64,000 nt of DNA. Source: Amoebophrya sp. A120 (lineage: Eukaryota; Protista; Dinoflagellata). The position numbers and the translations under genes are program-made. The notes beneath the pieces were generated by a model. It saw only the letters and a program-made list of their open reading frames with translations. It had not been told where the DNA came from and searched no databases. The stretch spans positions 16,120,142 to 16,184,141 of the forward strand of contig CAJINV010000001.1 of the NCBI GenBank assembly GCA_905178155.1, given 5' to 3'. Positions 48,384 to 60,181 of this stretch are shown here, piece by piece; position 1 is the stretch's first letter; each line of letters starts with the position of its first letter.

Positions 48384-49360
48384 AGATAAAACTCTTGTCA
48401 CATCATTGCGTATGGAGGAGCGCCCTCCCACTCATTTTATTGAGTTGGTGCTAGGGCGGGTGGGAATTTTTTACGCGTTAGGGAATGCAGGTTCGGACGA
48501 CGATGTACGAAGCCGATGTACGAAGCCGATTGTTATCGATTTTGGTTCCGCTTAAAGGAAGATGATGATGTGGCCAGGACGATGAAGTTCATTCCGAGAT
48601 GAATTTTCCTTCTCCTCAGAGGATGACACAAGCTCGTGCTCGTCTAAGAAGTTCTGAAAATGTGTGGTCTCCTGGCGAAGTAGTCGGTGCGCGATCGCCT
48701 CTTGCCGTCGTCGTGAACAATGCAGGCTTCCTTCCTTCTATGACCTGGTCTGGAAGAAATGGACGACGAAAAAGACTGTGTCCGTGCTGGCGTGTTTGAG
48801 ATCCCTTGGTCCAGCCATGGCGAAGCTGGTGGTAAAAGATCCCGCTGGTAAGAAAGTAAGAGCGAGAAGATCATCCTGCGTGTTTAGATCTAGATCCGCG
48901 TAAGCGACGATTTCTGTGCAAAGTCTCCACTATGTCGGGCTACTTGTGAAGATGGGTGAAGATGGTGATGGTGTTGCTGTGTCCGAGACGTGAATATCGG
49001 GTTACAAATCGTTGCTGTTATTTATTGGTCACAGAAATCCACATTGATGAGTCAGGGACTGCACCACCACTTTGGACCACGGAGCACGCCCGTGTACATG
49101 TAGATACGTGTTTGTACGTCACGTATAATCATAGTACAAAGTACTAACTTCGACTTCATTGCCTTGTCATTTTTTCATTTCCTAAGGGCAATCCACATCG
49201 ACAGACGCAATTTGTCTATCTCTGAGCCTGGAGTAAGATACATTTGATGCTTCCATGTGTGGTGGGCCGTAGAACGACTCTCAGCATAGAGGCAGCAATT
49301 GGTCTGGCGGCTGGCCGACAGTCGCTGGCGCAGCTGTGTGCTTGTACTTAGGTTCGCGGT

Positions 49361-52300
49361 ATGAAGATGCATCCAATTCCAGAAACCGCGACTGACAGCG
49401 CTCTGCGTTCCGAAGTAAAGGCCCTCCAGAAGCGGCTCGAAAAAGCCCTTCAGGGGCAGCGCCAATCGTCTTACCGCCTCCGTACATACAACGAGCAGCA
49501 TGCGGAAAATCCGGAGTGCAGTTTGCAGAGCAATGTCTTTTCACCTGGCGAGGTGGTCCCATGCTGTTGGTGCAGAAGGCCGCAGGTGCTGATTGAGGCT
49601 GAGGACGACGAGCAGGGCGGCGACCGGGAGATGCCGGAACCACACAACAGCGACAGAGCGGGGGAAAAGGGGGGCTTCACACCCGAGGGTGTAGACCACG
49701 GTACGGTCCTTTCCGGAGAAAATTTCAACGACAACGACGGCAATGACACGGCGCGCACAGATCATGTCGAGGACGCTTGTTTGCGGAGTGTTTGGGTGCC
49801 CTATGCTGTCGATGGAGAGCCGATTCGCCCGGAGGACGTTGTGGAGCAGTTCGGCGTTCTTGGTGCCGCATCTGTAGTACCTTCCTCGGAGGACGAAGAC
49901 GTCGAAACCTCGTCGGAAATTGTGTTGCGACCAAAGTCGCGATTTGCGCATGTGGCGGTACTCTTTGGAGACAAGATTGAGTACCTCATGGGAGCACTGA
50001 TTCTCGGTTATTCCTTGAAGGATTCCCGCCACGACGTGGTGCTACTCTACACCTCCGACGTGCCAAAAGAGTCCTTGCGGTACCTTCGCTCGGTTTTTAC
50101 GTTCATACTGGAAGTCGATTACCTCACGGTGGGGAAAAGCGTTGCACCCAGACTCTACAAAAACGCGGAGCGCACGCGCTTCAAGGACGTCTTCACGAAG
50201 CTTCAAATATTCTGCTTGGATTGCTATGAGAAGGTACTACAACTTGCTTCGCTTTGACGTAGTAATATTGAGGCAGCGTTTATCCCACCATGTTTCATTT
50301 TGAGATCTTTACTCAGAGAAATCTCGTAGTACTAAAAAGAACTTCTGCTGCTCTCGTTAGTGCCGCGCATTCACTTAGGACCGCCAGGTTCATCTTTAGT
50401 TGCACTACATTTCCTAAGCTCAGGTTCTCTTTCTTGATTTGGACACGCTCGTGCGTGACGTCGCGGCAGTGGATGATCTGTTAGAGAACGGTTCTGCGCC
50501 CGCAGCTTTGCAAAGAGGGGACCCGGTGCTGCAAACGGTAAAAGACGGGCTTCCGAGTCACGAGACGGGCCGAATTCCGTATGAGGAATTCTGGAAAAAC
50601 TACGAGCGGAAGGTGTGGCCGGACGGGAAGCTGGAGAAGTTATACCCGTTCGAGCAGGCAAGCGGGATCAACGCGGGCGTGATGCTCATCCGGCCGTCTC
50701 GCTGGGTCTTTCAGCACATCTGCAACGAGATCTGGATCACGGACCACCCGGAGCACTTCGGCACGTGGATGCCTGAGCAAGAATACATAGGCAGGTACGT
50801 GGGAGGTTTGGATCTCAACCACATCGAACAGGTGCGTTTTTCCTTTGACACTGTACTTTAGGTCTAGCGATTCCGATTTCTTTGTTGAAACACGAGCTTC
50901 CCGGAGGGAATCGAATTTTCTCGTTGACACCGGCACTATGTAGTTAGCGACCGACATAGTTCTTGTAGTGTGGTGCTGCTGTGGTCTCCGAAAAAGAATG
51001 ATTTTTGGTTTTAAAATGCTCCTACATGTTGAAAAAACACATGTAGATTTACCGAGAGCGAGAAGAGCTACGGAAGAGGGAATGCGTCGGGATGTCAAGC
51101 CTTCGCTGGACCAAACTGATACCTGGGACTCGTCGTCGTCGCGACCGAGTGCTGAATCCTGATGATGTCGATACCACCGCTTCAGAACGCAACGAGGAGG
51201 CGCTGGTTCGGCTACGAGCGCGGCTAACCGCTTCTGTTGGTGCTGGCGGAGCGGTCCACCATGCGAGCTTTGCGATTGCATCGGCCCGAAGCAGGGAAAG
51301 TCCCAGACGCGCTTCAGCATCCGTGCACCAACGCGGCTGGGCGAATTTGAGTCCGCGATTCAATTTTGAGATTGACAAGGAGATCCGCATCCCTTTCGAC
51401 TTCTCGCAGAACCACCGGTTGCTCCAGCAGGAGGCCGAAAAGATTGCGGTATTCCACTACTCCGGGACCAGCTGCAAGCCGTGGACGCCGTTTTTGGATT
51501 ATTTCTACTCCGGCGATATTACCCAAAAGCCGCGCAGCTTTGACGTACTAATTCAAGCGGTCAAGTCGAAGTTTTACAACGCTGACACCGCCCGCGACCG
51601 GGTGGTACCGTGGGCGCAGTCGCAGCTGGAGACGTCGCACGTAGGGACGGACCCGACCGCCGTCACTTTCATCGCGAGTACCGTGACAGCCTGGATTGGC
51701 GAACTCTGCCGTGCGCTTTCCTGGGAATGCCACGGCGGGTATCAATCCTCCTGGTGGCAGCAGGCAGGGGGCGCCACAAGCAGTTTCCAGGGTGTAGAAA
51801 AGCATCGTGTTGACTCGGAAGTATCTCAAGAAAAAGTTCGGGAGGGCGAAGTTACAGCCGGCGCTGCCTGGCAGTCCGCGGCTTCGCACGGGAACAAGAT
51901 TTCCGTGCGTAAGGACGAAGCTGCGGACGCACAGTCAAAGGCCGTTCTCGAAGAACCTGTAGCAGGACGAGATCACGTAGCGACCGTTCATCCGCAGCGA
52001 GACGGGCACGCTTGCGACGAAGAGATGGAAGTGGGGTCGCAGCCACCGGCTGAGAACGTTTCTTGTAGGAGCATCGGGAGGACGGCGGGGAGTGTAGAAG
52101 TCGACACGAATGATCAAAGTTCGTCTACTTTTGAAGAAAATCAAAAGTTGTCTACCACTCGCCCTCGCCAGCAAGGAAAAGCGCACAACACAACGGATGG
52201 AGCACGTACGAATCGTGTCAACTCGGAATCTTCAGGTGGAAGTCGAACGGTGGTAAAGCACAAGAAGAAAACCAAAAAGGCCTCGCGACAGCAGCGGGGT

Positions 52301-53704
52301 AGCGGAGAAGCGAACGACTCGTCAGGCCGCTCGAAATCAGAGGACGGTCACCGCCCGCCAACGCAGAAACGGAGAATACGTGATGGCGGAACCCGCGAAC
52401 AATCCCCACTGTCAGTTGCTGAGATGAGAGATGCTGCAACGAGTAGCGGACTACGTTCACAAGAGCAGAAAGGAGACCGCCTGTCGGCGGGGCCACGAGG
52501 AAGTGGGAGAAGCGAAGCCTCCGTAGGTCTGCGCACGGAGGTCGTTTTCGAAGACGATTTTCCGTTTTTCATGTCGAGCGAAGATCCGGAAGAACGCCGG
52601 CGTACGCTGAAGCGGTTGAAAGCGGTGAAAAGCGACCTGCAAGACTTCCTGGAGAAAGTAGAAAAGTTGGATGTGCTTCTGAACCGACAGAGTGCCGCCA
52701 TCCGCGCTTATTGCATTACCCAATCCTACGGAAAGTATGCGGATGTCCTGTCCTCCATGCCATCTGGCGTGCGACGCTCCTACTTTGGAGTTGGTGCAAC
52801 CGCGCCCTGCAGCTTGCCCGGTTTCGTGCAAGGATGCGTCGGGCTGTTCCGGGCACTTCTTGAGCTTGAGCACGAGTCATGTCTTGCGAGAAGCGCAGAA
52901 GACGGAAGCGCAGCCCGCCAGGGGGTGCTAAGGTGGTTTCGCAAGACCCACGGTGAGGGGCGATACCGCGTACTGCCGGATACGGACCAGGGGGCGGCAC
53001 AAATTGCGCTTTTCTACATTCGCAGTCTGGTCGGCATGTCGCTGTTTGCCTCAGTGCGGAAGCTTCTAGCGAGAGCCCGGAAGTGGATGTCATCGGCGCC
53101 GGAACAAAAGAGCCTCGACCAGTTGCTGCTTGGAACGGATGGCGAGTCAGAATTGCATCGTCTAGTTGGTTTCGAGCGCTACGATCTGTCCCTTCCTTCG
53201 CTAGAGCCTCCCAGTGGCGACGCCGATTTTTACCGTCCTGACGTCCAAGCCATAAAAAACTTTTTGCGCTCGCTAGATCATTCACGTCTCGCTCTCGTCA
53301 CAGATTGGCGCGACGGTGTGACAGGGCTGACAGCGCTTGAATGGACCGAGGGCCTGACGAAGAAGTTTCGTGACCAACTTCAGAGCTGCACCTCTGAGCT
53401 GGCACGGACGAAACTACAAACGGTTCTTGAGGCCTACAGTGCTATATCCGAGCAAAGGCTTCTCGCAGGTGTGCGGCGTGCTGACGCCGCGACCTCGTGC
53501 GAACCGCCTCGAAGAACCAGTCATCCTTCTCCAATTCGCCGTTCCTGCAAAGACCAGGTAAAGTCTGGTCGCGCCGGCAAGATTGATCCGCAAGAGCCAC
53601 TACGAAGCAGAAAAAACCGTGCACCCTCCTCGCAAGGAAATTGCAGTGGGGAAAGAACAAGAATAAAAAACCCCTCTAAAAAAGTGCGGGATGTTGAAAA
53701 CTAG
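49361..53704 (+). CDS. GT8 (glycogenin-like) glycosyltransferase with long insertions; start uncertain; introns ~50233-50421 and ~50832-51047
   Basis: FKDVFTKLQIFCLDCYEKVLFLDLDTLV (DxD), GINAGVMLIRPS, EQEYI, FHYSGTSCKPW. Confidence 0.8.
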
Positions 53705-54071
53705 ATTTTCTTTTGCACGAGGAAAGCCAGGTTCCATGATTGAAATCAATTGGAGTGCAAAGAAAGCATGGAATGACGGAAGCCTTGCTACCAATTTGTT
53801 TTTTGGCAAAACGTTGCTCTTCCCATGTTTAGGCGTAGAAAAAGCGCCATCAATGCTTCTAAGCCGAAGCCAGAAGCTCAAAGAAGTTGCCTGCTCCTTG
53901 AGTGAAGTGTGTAGCTCTCTTTGGAGAAGTGCGTGCAGGAAAACCGCTACCGTGATTGTTCAGCACTGGATCAACGATGAGGGTAAGTATTTTGTACCGA
54001 GCGAATAATTGATAGAAAGATACTTGCAGAGCCAAGCAAGGTGGTCGTCTTGTACCGAAGAAAAGAAGAAG

Positions 54072-55232
54072 ATGGCTTCATCCGCGTGGTCCATTCCTCT
54101 CTTCAGCGCGGGCCGCGCTGCCAACCAGCAGAATGCGCTGCGTTTTCTCGCGGGCAGTCTCGGTGGGTACTACATTTACCTCGCCTTTGCCACTGCCAAG
54201 CAGTGCCAAGACCACGAGCACCTGCCGCGCCACCTGGACGGGGAGGAGCGAAAAAAGATTTTTGACCGTATGGCGGGCGACTGGGACCGGATCATGGAGA
54301 AGGACGAGTATCTGACCGGTGTGTGGTGGTACCGGCGCTACCTGGTGGCCGGGTTCGCCCGTGGACACGTCCTCGAGGTGGCTTGCGGGACCGGACGCAA
54401 CCTGCACTACTACGACCCGACTTTGGTCAAGTCCCTGACACTGTTGGACTACTCCGACGCAATGCTGGCGGAGACCCGGGAGAAGGTGCGCAGCGACCCC
54501 GAGCTGCAAAAAAGCTGTTCCCTGGTGGCCGCGGAGCTGGACGAAGCAGAACCGCCGCGTGTTGATGTGGAGGGGACAACAACAGGAGGGGGGAAGAACA
54601 CTGCTGAAGTCATCAGTGGAGGCAATCAAAATGCACAGACACTATCCGACTCGTCTTTTGTACCTGCCTGGATTCGAAATTCCGAGCCTGGCGTTCTCTT
54701 TGCCTCTCTGAAGAGGTCCGTTTCTGCGGCGGTTCACGATCGCCAAAACCGCCGGAGCTGCTGCGGAGAACAAGAAGCACGGCATCATGATGTGGTTGAG
54801 AATTCAGCGCAACATCCGGGTGGTGCTATGCAGGTGCGACTGCAGCAGGGCTCCGCGGAAAGCGAAGACTCTTTGCAGAGTTTGGGACAGTTTGACAGCG
54901 TCGTGGAGACGTTCGGCTTGTGTTCGTACGGAGACCCGGAGGGCGCGCTGCAGACCATGTGGCAGCGGGTGCGCCCCGGCGGCCGACTGATCCTGTTGGA
55001 GCACGGGCAACCCAAGAAGGGCTTGTTCGGCCTCGTGCGCAAATACTCGGAGATCGCCATGGTGCCCAATCTCCACCGCTACGGTTGCAACGCAAACCTG
55101 GATATCTTGGGAATCATCGAGCAGACGCTGCCGGAGTCGGATTTTGCGTTTGAAATCCAAAAGCGCCGCCAGTTCGGACACTTCTACGTACTGGTCTTGC
55201 GGAAAAGTTCGGACAATGCCATCGCAACATGA
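54072..55232 (+). CDS. Class I SAM-dependent methyltransferase, OMS1/METTL7-like
   Basis: GHVLEVACGTGRNLHYY, FDSVVETFGLCSY, RPGGRLILLEHG, and an N-terminal hydrophobic anchor. Confidence 0.85.
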   Translation: MASSAWSIPLFSAGRAANQQNALRFLAGSLGGYYIYLAFATAKQCQDHEHLPRHLDGEERKKIFDRMAGDWDRIMEKDEYLTGVWWYRRYLVAGFARGHVLEVACGTGRNLHYYDPTLVKSLTLLDYSDAMLAETREKVRSDPELQKSCSLVAAELDEAEPPRVDVEGTTTGGGKNTAEVISGGNQNAQTLSDSSFVPAWIRNSEPGVLFASLKRSVSAAVHDRQNRRSCCGEQEARHHDVVENSAQHPGGAMQVRLQQGSAESEDSLQSLGQFDSVVETFGLCSYGDPEGALQTMWQRVRPGGRLILLEHGQPKKGLFGLVRKYSEIAMVPNLHRYGCNANLDILGIIEQTLPESDFAFEIQKRRQFGHFYVLVLRKSSDNAIAT

Positions 55233-56903
55233 AGCGCGAGACGAATGCCACGTCGAGGTGTCCTGCATTGACGCTGCTCCAGGGCCGTGGTAGTTCTAGC
55301 AAAGGCAATTCTATGAAGAACAGATAAGATACGAACGACGTCCACGTCAGCGTCGCAACCTGTAAGCAAGCAAACTGTGAGTGGCTCTTTAGAGAACAGT
55401 GTGGTTAATGTACTTGCTAAGAAAATTTGTATTATTGCGAGAATGATTTTTTCTCCGGGCGCGTTTCTGCCTTCGTATCTGAAGGAATACAGAGGTTTCT
55501 CCTAATTGCGAACTCATGCAGTGCATGGGGAGAACGTGGAGAGCAAAAAAACATAGTTGTGCAATGGCTGAATTTCCATTGAATAACAGATATATATAGG
55601 ATCATGCGACGAAATAAAAGGTTGAACGTGCATGGTGCAGATCCCGCTGTGGGGCGCACTCTTCGTCTCGCCGATCTGCGTGCTGTGCTGCTCAGTTGGA
55701 ACCCGGCCGCCCGGAAGAAGCAGCAACGCCCGCTTTTTCCTTGTAAGTAGACAGGCCGCTGTGTCCTTGCAGCGTAGCTGCTTTCCCTTTTCTTTCGCTT
55801 TTTTGCCAGAGAAACCCCAGCCAGATAGCAGTGAAAGCTGCCTCCTTTGTCGTACAGAAAACGCCTTCATATCTGCTTTTCCAGAGGCGGGCAGATCCTG
55901 ACCAAGCCAAGCAAGGGCGCCGCTTTCAAACTTCAAGAAAATAGCCTGTTGCTGATTGCTGCTCAAGCCAGAATCGAGATACTCCAAAAGCGCAGCTTTC
56001 CGAATCCAAGAGAAAGTAGGAAAGCCATGCGCCCCACCGGGCATCGCTGGCCCTTTCTCGAGCATTTCCAAAAGTAAGTGCCCCCCGCCATGCCCAAGGG
56101 AAAAACAAAAACATAAACAGGGAAGAACATAAACAAAGCGGCTACGACATTCCCTGGTCTGTTCTCCAAATCGCTTGCGTTTCACCTGCTGCTCGCGGCA
56201 ACCTCAGGCGCGAACAAGCGAAACAAGCCGCGGCCCCCTCGGTTTTTGAAAAACTGCGTGCGGTTTTTCTTTGGGCCAGGCAAGGCGGGAGTCGGAATTG
56301 CCATCCACTCCATCGCTTTTCTTTCCTATTCCCAGAGCGAAGTTTGCTTGCTTTCACCTGGCAGGACTAGCTAGAACTATCGCACACAGCGACCACGGGC
56401 GCCCTTGTTTCTTTTCGGCCCGTCATCCGATAAGGGTAGCCGACAGAAGAAGCTGAAGCAGCGGGCGGCGTTCCGAGGTAACCGGCCGGAAAAGAAATGC
56501 GCCCGCTGGTTCACTGAGCCGAATGGCCGGCAGCGGGGCGGAGTAGAAAGCCAAAAGCACAAGCAACAAAGGGAAGGCCTGTTCCTTTCTACCTTTTTGC
56601 GGCGGCAGCGGCGCGGCTTGTTGCCTCTCGGTCTTTTCAAACAAGTGTTGATCTTTTTGCTTTTTCGATTTCGGCCAAACAAGCCTATAGCGCAGCGCTT
56701 TTCTTCGCCCGCGTTGCCTGCCCCTCCTATTTTCTGTAGCCCAATTACCGCCCTCGTGCGTTTCTTTTGCCCAGTTATACCCACCGCCTTGAGCCCTGTT
56801 GTTCTATTTGTATGCGTAAATTCCCGCGCCGTTGTGCCTCCACGGCGGCGCGAGTGAGGTATACTCTTAATCTCGCCGATCTGCGTGCTGTGCTGCTCAG
56901 TTG

Positions 56904-57371
56904 TATTGCGCAGCAACCAGACTCGGACTAGAGCAGTTGCTAGCATGCTCCCTAGATCAATGAGATCCATGAATAGGTCAAAGCACACCCATAGGTGTAG
57001 GATGTCAATACAGGGGTCACACCAGTAGGATCATGAGGATCACACACAGGGCACCACTACGATGGTGGTGATGACGACACCAATGGAATGACGTGAACAA
57101 TGTACACAGTGCCAAGATGGCTCCTGGTCGTAGTGCCAGTAGCCTGATGAATCAATAGCCCTTAACTCTGCAGTAGCACCTACATTACTAGGTTGCTTAG
57201 ATGGTGACTCTGTTCTCTATCTTAGGACAGCATGCTAGTGAGCATGCCTCGTCCCTGACGCTTGACACGTCCACAGAGTTATGAGCCCAAGTAGTTCCCC
57301 TATTGGGAACGGGTAAGAACTACTAGCCAACCCCTTCCTATCCCTGCAGAAGAGTAGGGAATGAGCTCCCC
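56904..57371 (+). ncRNA. Candidate structured RNA core, copy 2
   Basis: Collinear homolog of 37656-38118, starting with the identical tattgcgcagcaaccag immediately after the direct repeat. Confidence 0.55.
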
Positions 57372-57653
57372 CAGAAGAGTAGGGAATGAGCTCCCCCAGC
57401 TAGTTGAGAATGAGCGTCTCCATTTCTCAACTTCAGCCGCTTGCTGTTTTCCGTTTTCTCGGTTTTTCTTATGGTGGAACACCATAGCGCTTTTATCAGC
57501 AGGGGAAGGGGAGTAGATGTAGGCTACCGCTGCCCCAGACATGGGAGCGCGCGGAATTTACAAGCCTAAGAATACATTACTCTTTCCTGTTTGGGCCGGA
57601 ATTACTCTTTCCTGTCTGGGAGCGCGCGGAATTACTCTTTCCTGTTTGGGCCT
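57348..57653. repeat. Short tandem duplications inside the element
   Basis: agaagagtagggaatgagctccccc x2, attactctttcctgt x3, gggagcgcgcggaatt x2. Confidence 0.85.
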
Positions 57654-60181
57654 CTCGTCCGCGAACTGCAATGCTGGGAACCCTCCGATCGGCTCTTCCT
57701 AGTCTTGCAGTTCGCGTGCATCAGCGGCAAATATGTCTGGGTTTGGAACGTTGCGGGACATGTTGGAAATAAGTCCGAGCCAGGTCTTTTATGCATGTAG
57801 GCGGCACTCTCTGTCTCGCCTGCCCTGTCATGCGGAGTCGCAGTCGGCCCCTCCGTTTAGGATATCTCAGTCTAATTATGCTGCCCGTCCGGATGCTGGC
57901 TATGAGATGGGTGAGGTTTTGTTCAAGATACCTCCTTCGTTCCTGGGAAAGAACAATGCGGCCAATCGAGCAGCAGGAGTTCTTTTAATTGAATTTGGCG
58001 AAACTGCAGGCGGGATCACGCAAGTTGATTCCACTAACTTGATTCCATTTCATAACGTGAGCCCATAAACGTGATTCGGTCGCAAACGCGATCCCACTAA
58101 CGTGATCCCATTAGTAAACGCGATTCCAAAAATGTTAAAACGTGATACGGGTGCTTTCCCTTAATCTCGCCGATCTGCGTGCTGTGCTGCTCAGTTGGTT
58201 CCGTACAGACTCGAATGACGCAGAATACGACTGTTATAAAGTCCGCAGCTGAAGTCGGCCGCGTCTTCCGTAAAGAATTCGTATCGTACATACACAATAT
58301 TTCTTCTGTGTGACTCTTGGATGGGGCGCACTCTTCTTTATTCTATCGGCGTTCGCCCATTCGTCCTCATCGTACGCCAGTCTCGTGCATAAAATAATTC
58401 GTCCTGCTGTATGTAGATGTGCATGTGTCGTACTAGGTCAAGGTCAAGGTCTTTCCCTTAGCGACGTCTTTCGGTAGATGTTACTGGCGTCGCACGACTG
58501 GACGTTTTTTCTCGCATTACTCGACAACAGCGTTTTTTCCACCACCCTTTTTCCCTGTAGATAAGTGAATAGAAACACTTTACGAAGTGCTCCTGTAAGT
58601 AGAAAAACAACGCGATAAAAGGCCACCACCAACAAATAGCAATCCAATATTTTCAGCTTTGATAAATTTTGTTTTTTTTTTCAATTTCAGTATACAATTT
58701 CCAATTTCCCGCCGTCACCGTGTACATGCTTACAAAATTACATTTTCTTGCATTTTAGATAGCGCCATATCCTCTTGTGCAACCAAAGATCTGCTTGATA
58801 CTTTTTTTGATACATTTCTGTGATAGATCCTTTTTGATATTTTTTACATTAGAAGTGTTTCGCTCGCCTTTCTTCCCGCTTGTTTAGCCTTCACCGTGCC
58901 GGCTCTGATTCGGCAAATTTTTTGGTCATCCTTTTGCAGCAGCAGCGCAATACAAGTGATCCGCAAATAAATAGTTTGAAGGTTCTCATTGAAATCGATC
59001 CGCAATTATAAAACAAAAAATCGAAGTCGACCAGTCGGAGGCGAAAAAAGATCCTCTGAAGAATTCTTGTCCGCACCACGGCCAGTTCAAAATTGAGAAA
59101 GGTCTGTGGAGTGTTGGGTTCAAAAAATTTTCAGCACTCCACTAGAATAGCGCACGAACCAACTACCAGAACCACGAAGAGACAGCTTTACCGCTTGAAC
59201 TGTCCCTCTTCAAAAAACGCACCTCCAGGAGTAGAAGACTCTCTTCAATAGGGCAAATAATAGGTCTTGTTAGCTTCATGATCGGTGCGCGAAGCTATCA
59301 CTAGCGCTAAGATATTATCTCTTCTTGGGAATATAGAGCTACAACTTGCAGGACTAGCCTCATCGTCAATATACCAAAAATACAACAACAAAAACAAGGC
59401 AACAACAACATCAACAACACGACATCATCCAGTAGTACTTACAGTTTATTCGACGTATTGTCTAGCGCCAGGGGTAGATGTATTTTTTTACCAAGCTCAT
59501 CAACCAAGTAAGAAAGTACTTTAACTTTTCTCAGTTTTAATTTCGACTCCGGAACAGCACGGGTAATAAGACACAGACGGCAGGTTTAACCGAAGCAGTT
59601 TATTTGTCATTCAGAACGTGATTGTATTTGTTTTTGTACAATAACCATAAACCATCTACAATTTTTTCGAGACTGGTAGAGGCGTCTTTCTTCCGACTTG
59701 CCCAGCTGAGAAGTCTTTTGCTTTACCGTCTCAAGGCGTCAACCATCTTCAGTACGTATTGTTGTGTATAGTGTCCCGAAACTGTTTGATACCGCGGCTA
59801 CTCAATAAAAGGTTCTCAACAGTAGAGTAAAAAGATAAAGAAGCAGAACACTCAGGACATCGTCAACAAATATCAGACCGATTCGAGCAGACAGAAACGG
59901 ACTTTGGTAAGAGCAACAAGACGTTAGGATCTCTTATTCCTCGCACGTTTGTTGCTCAAGTATCCATTGAATCCGAAATAGCAAAAAAGTTCCTTTTGAG
60001 TAAGTTTGCTAAAAACATCAGCCACAAAGTTACTACTGCGGAACAACTTGAAACAATATCAGCAATATTTTCCGCTACAAGCAAGGAGGACTAACTAACC
60101 CCTTAATTATTTTGAAGAAATACGTTACAGCGTACAGTTTGTTGCCGTGGCATCAAACACTACTACTACTCCATCAGCATT

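Larger units (their letters stand above)
55650..58336 (+). mobile_element. Composite non-coding insertion: three copies of a 38-bp repeat (55661, 56866, 58160), bounded by a 15-bp direct repeat
   Basis: cttaatctcgccgatctgcgtgctgtgctgctcagttg at 56866-56903 and 58160-58197, plus a 2-mismatch copy at 55661-55698. tggggcgcactcttc at 55650-55664 and 58322-58336. Confidence 0.7.

Noticed and set aside
34584-48530. Isolated short tandem duplications (~34584-34636, ~45991-46033, ~48501-48530)
   Set aside because: Two-copy 13-23-bp slippage-type duplications with no further structure.
55514-56988. ORFs of 150-223 aa inside the composite element
   Set aside because: Overlapping, with no RT, transposase or recombinase motifs and atypical composition.
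57144-57150. Hammerhead ribozyme core CTGATGA in element copy 2
   Set aside because: Not conserved in copy 1 (ctgtaaga), and there is no properly placed GAAA or stems.
55661-58197. CRISPR array interpretation of the three 38-bp repeats
   Set aside because: Spacers are ~1.2 kb, there are no cas genes, and the context is eukaryotic.
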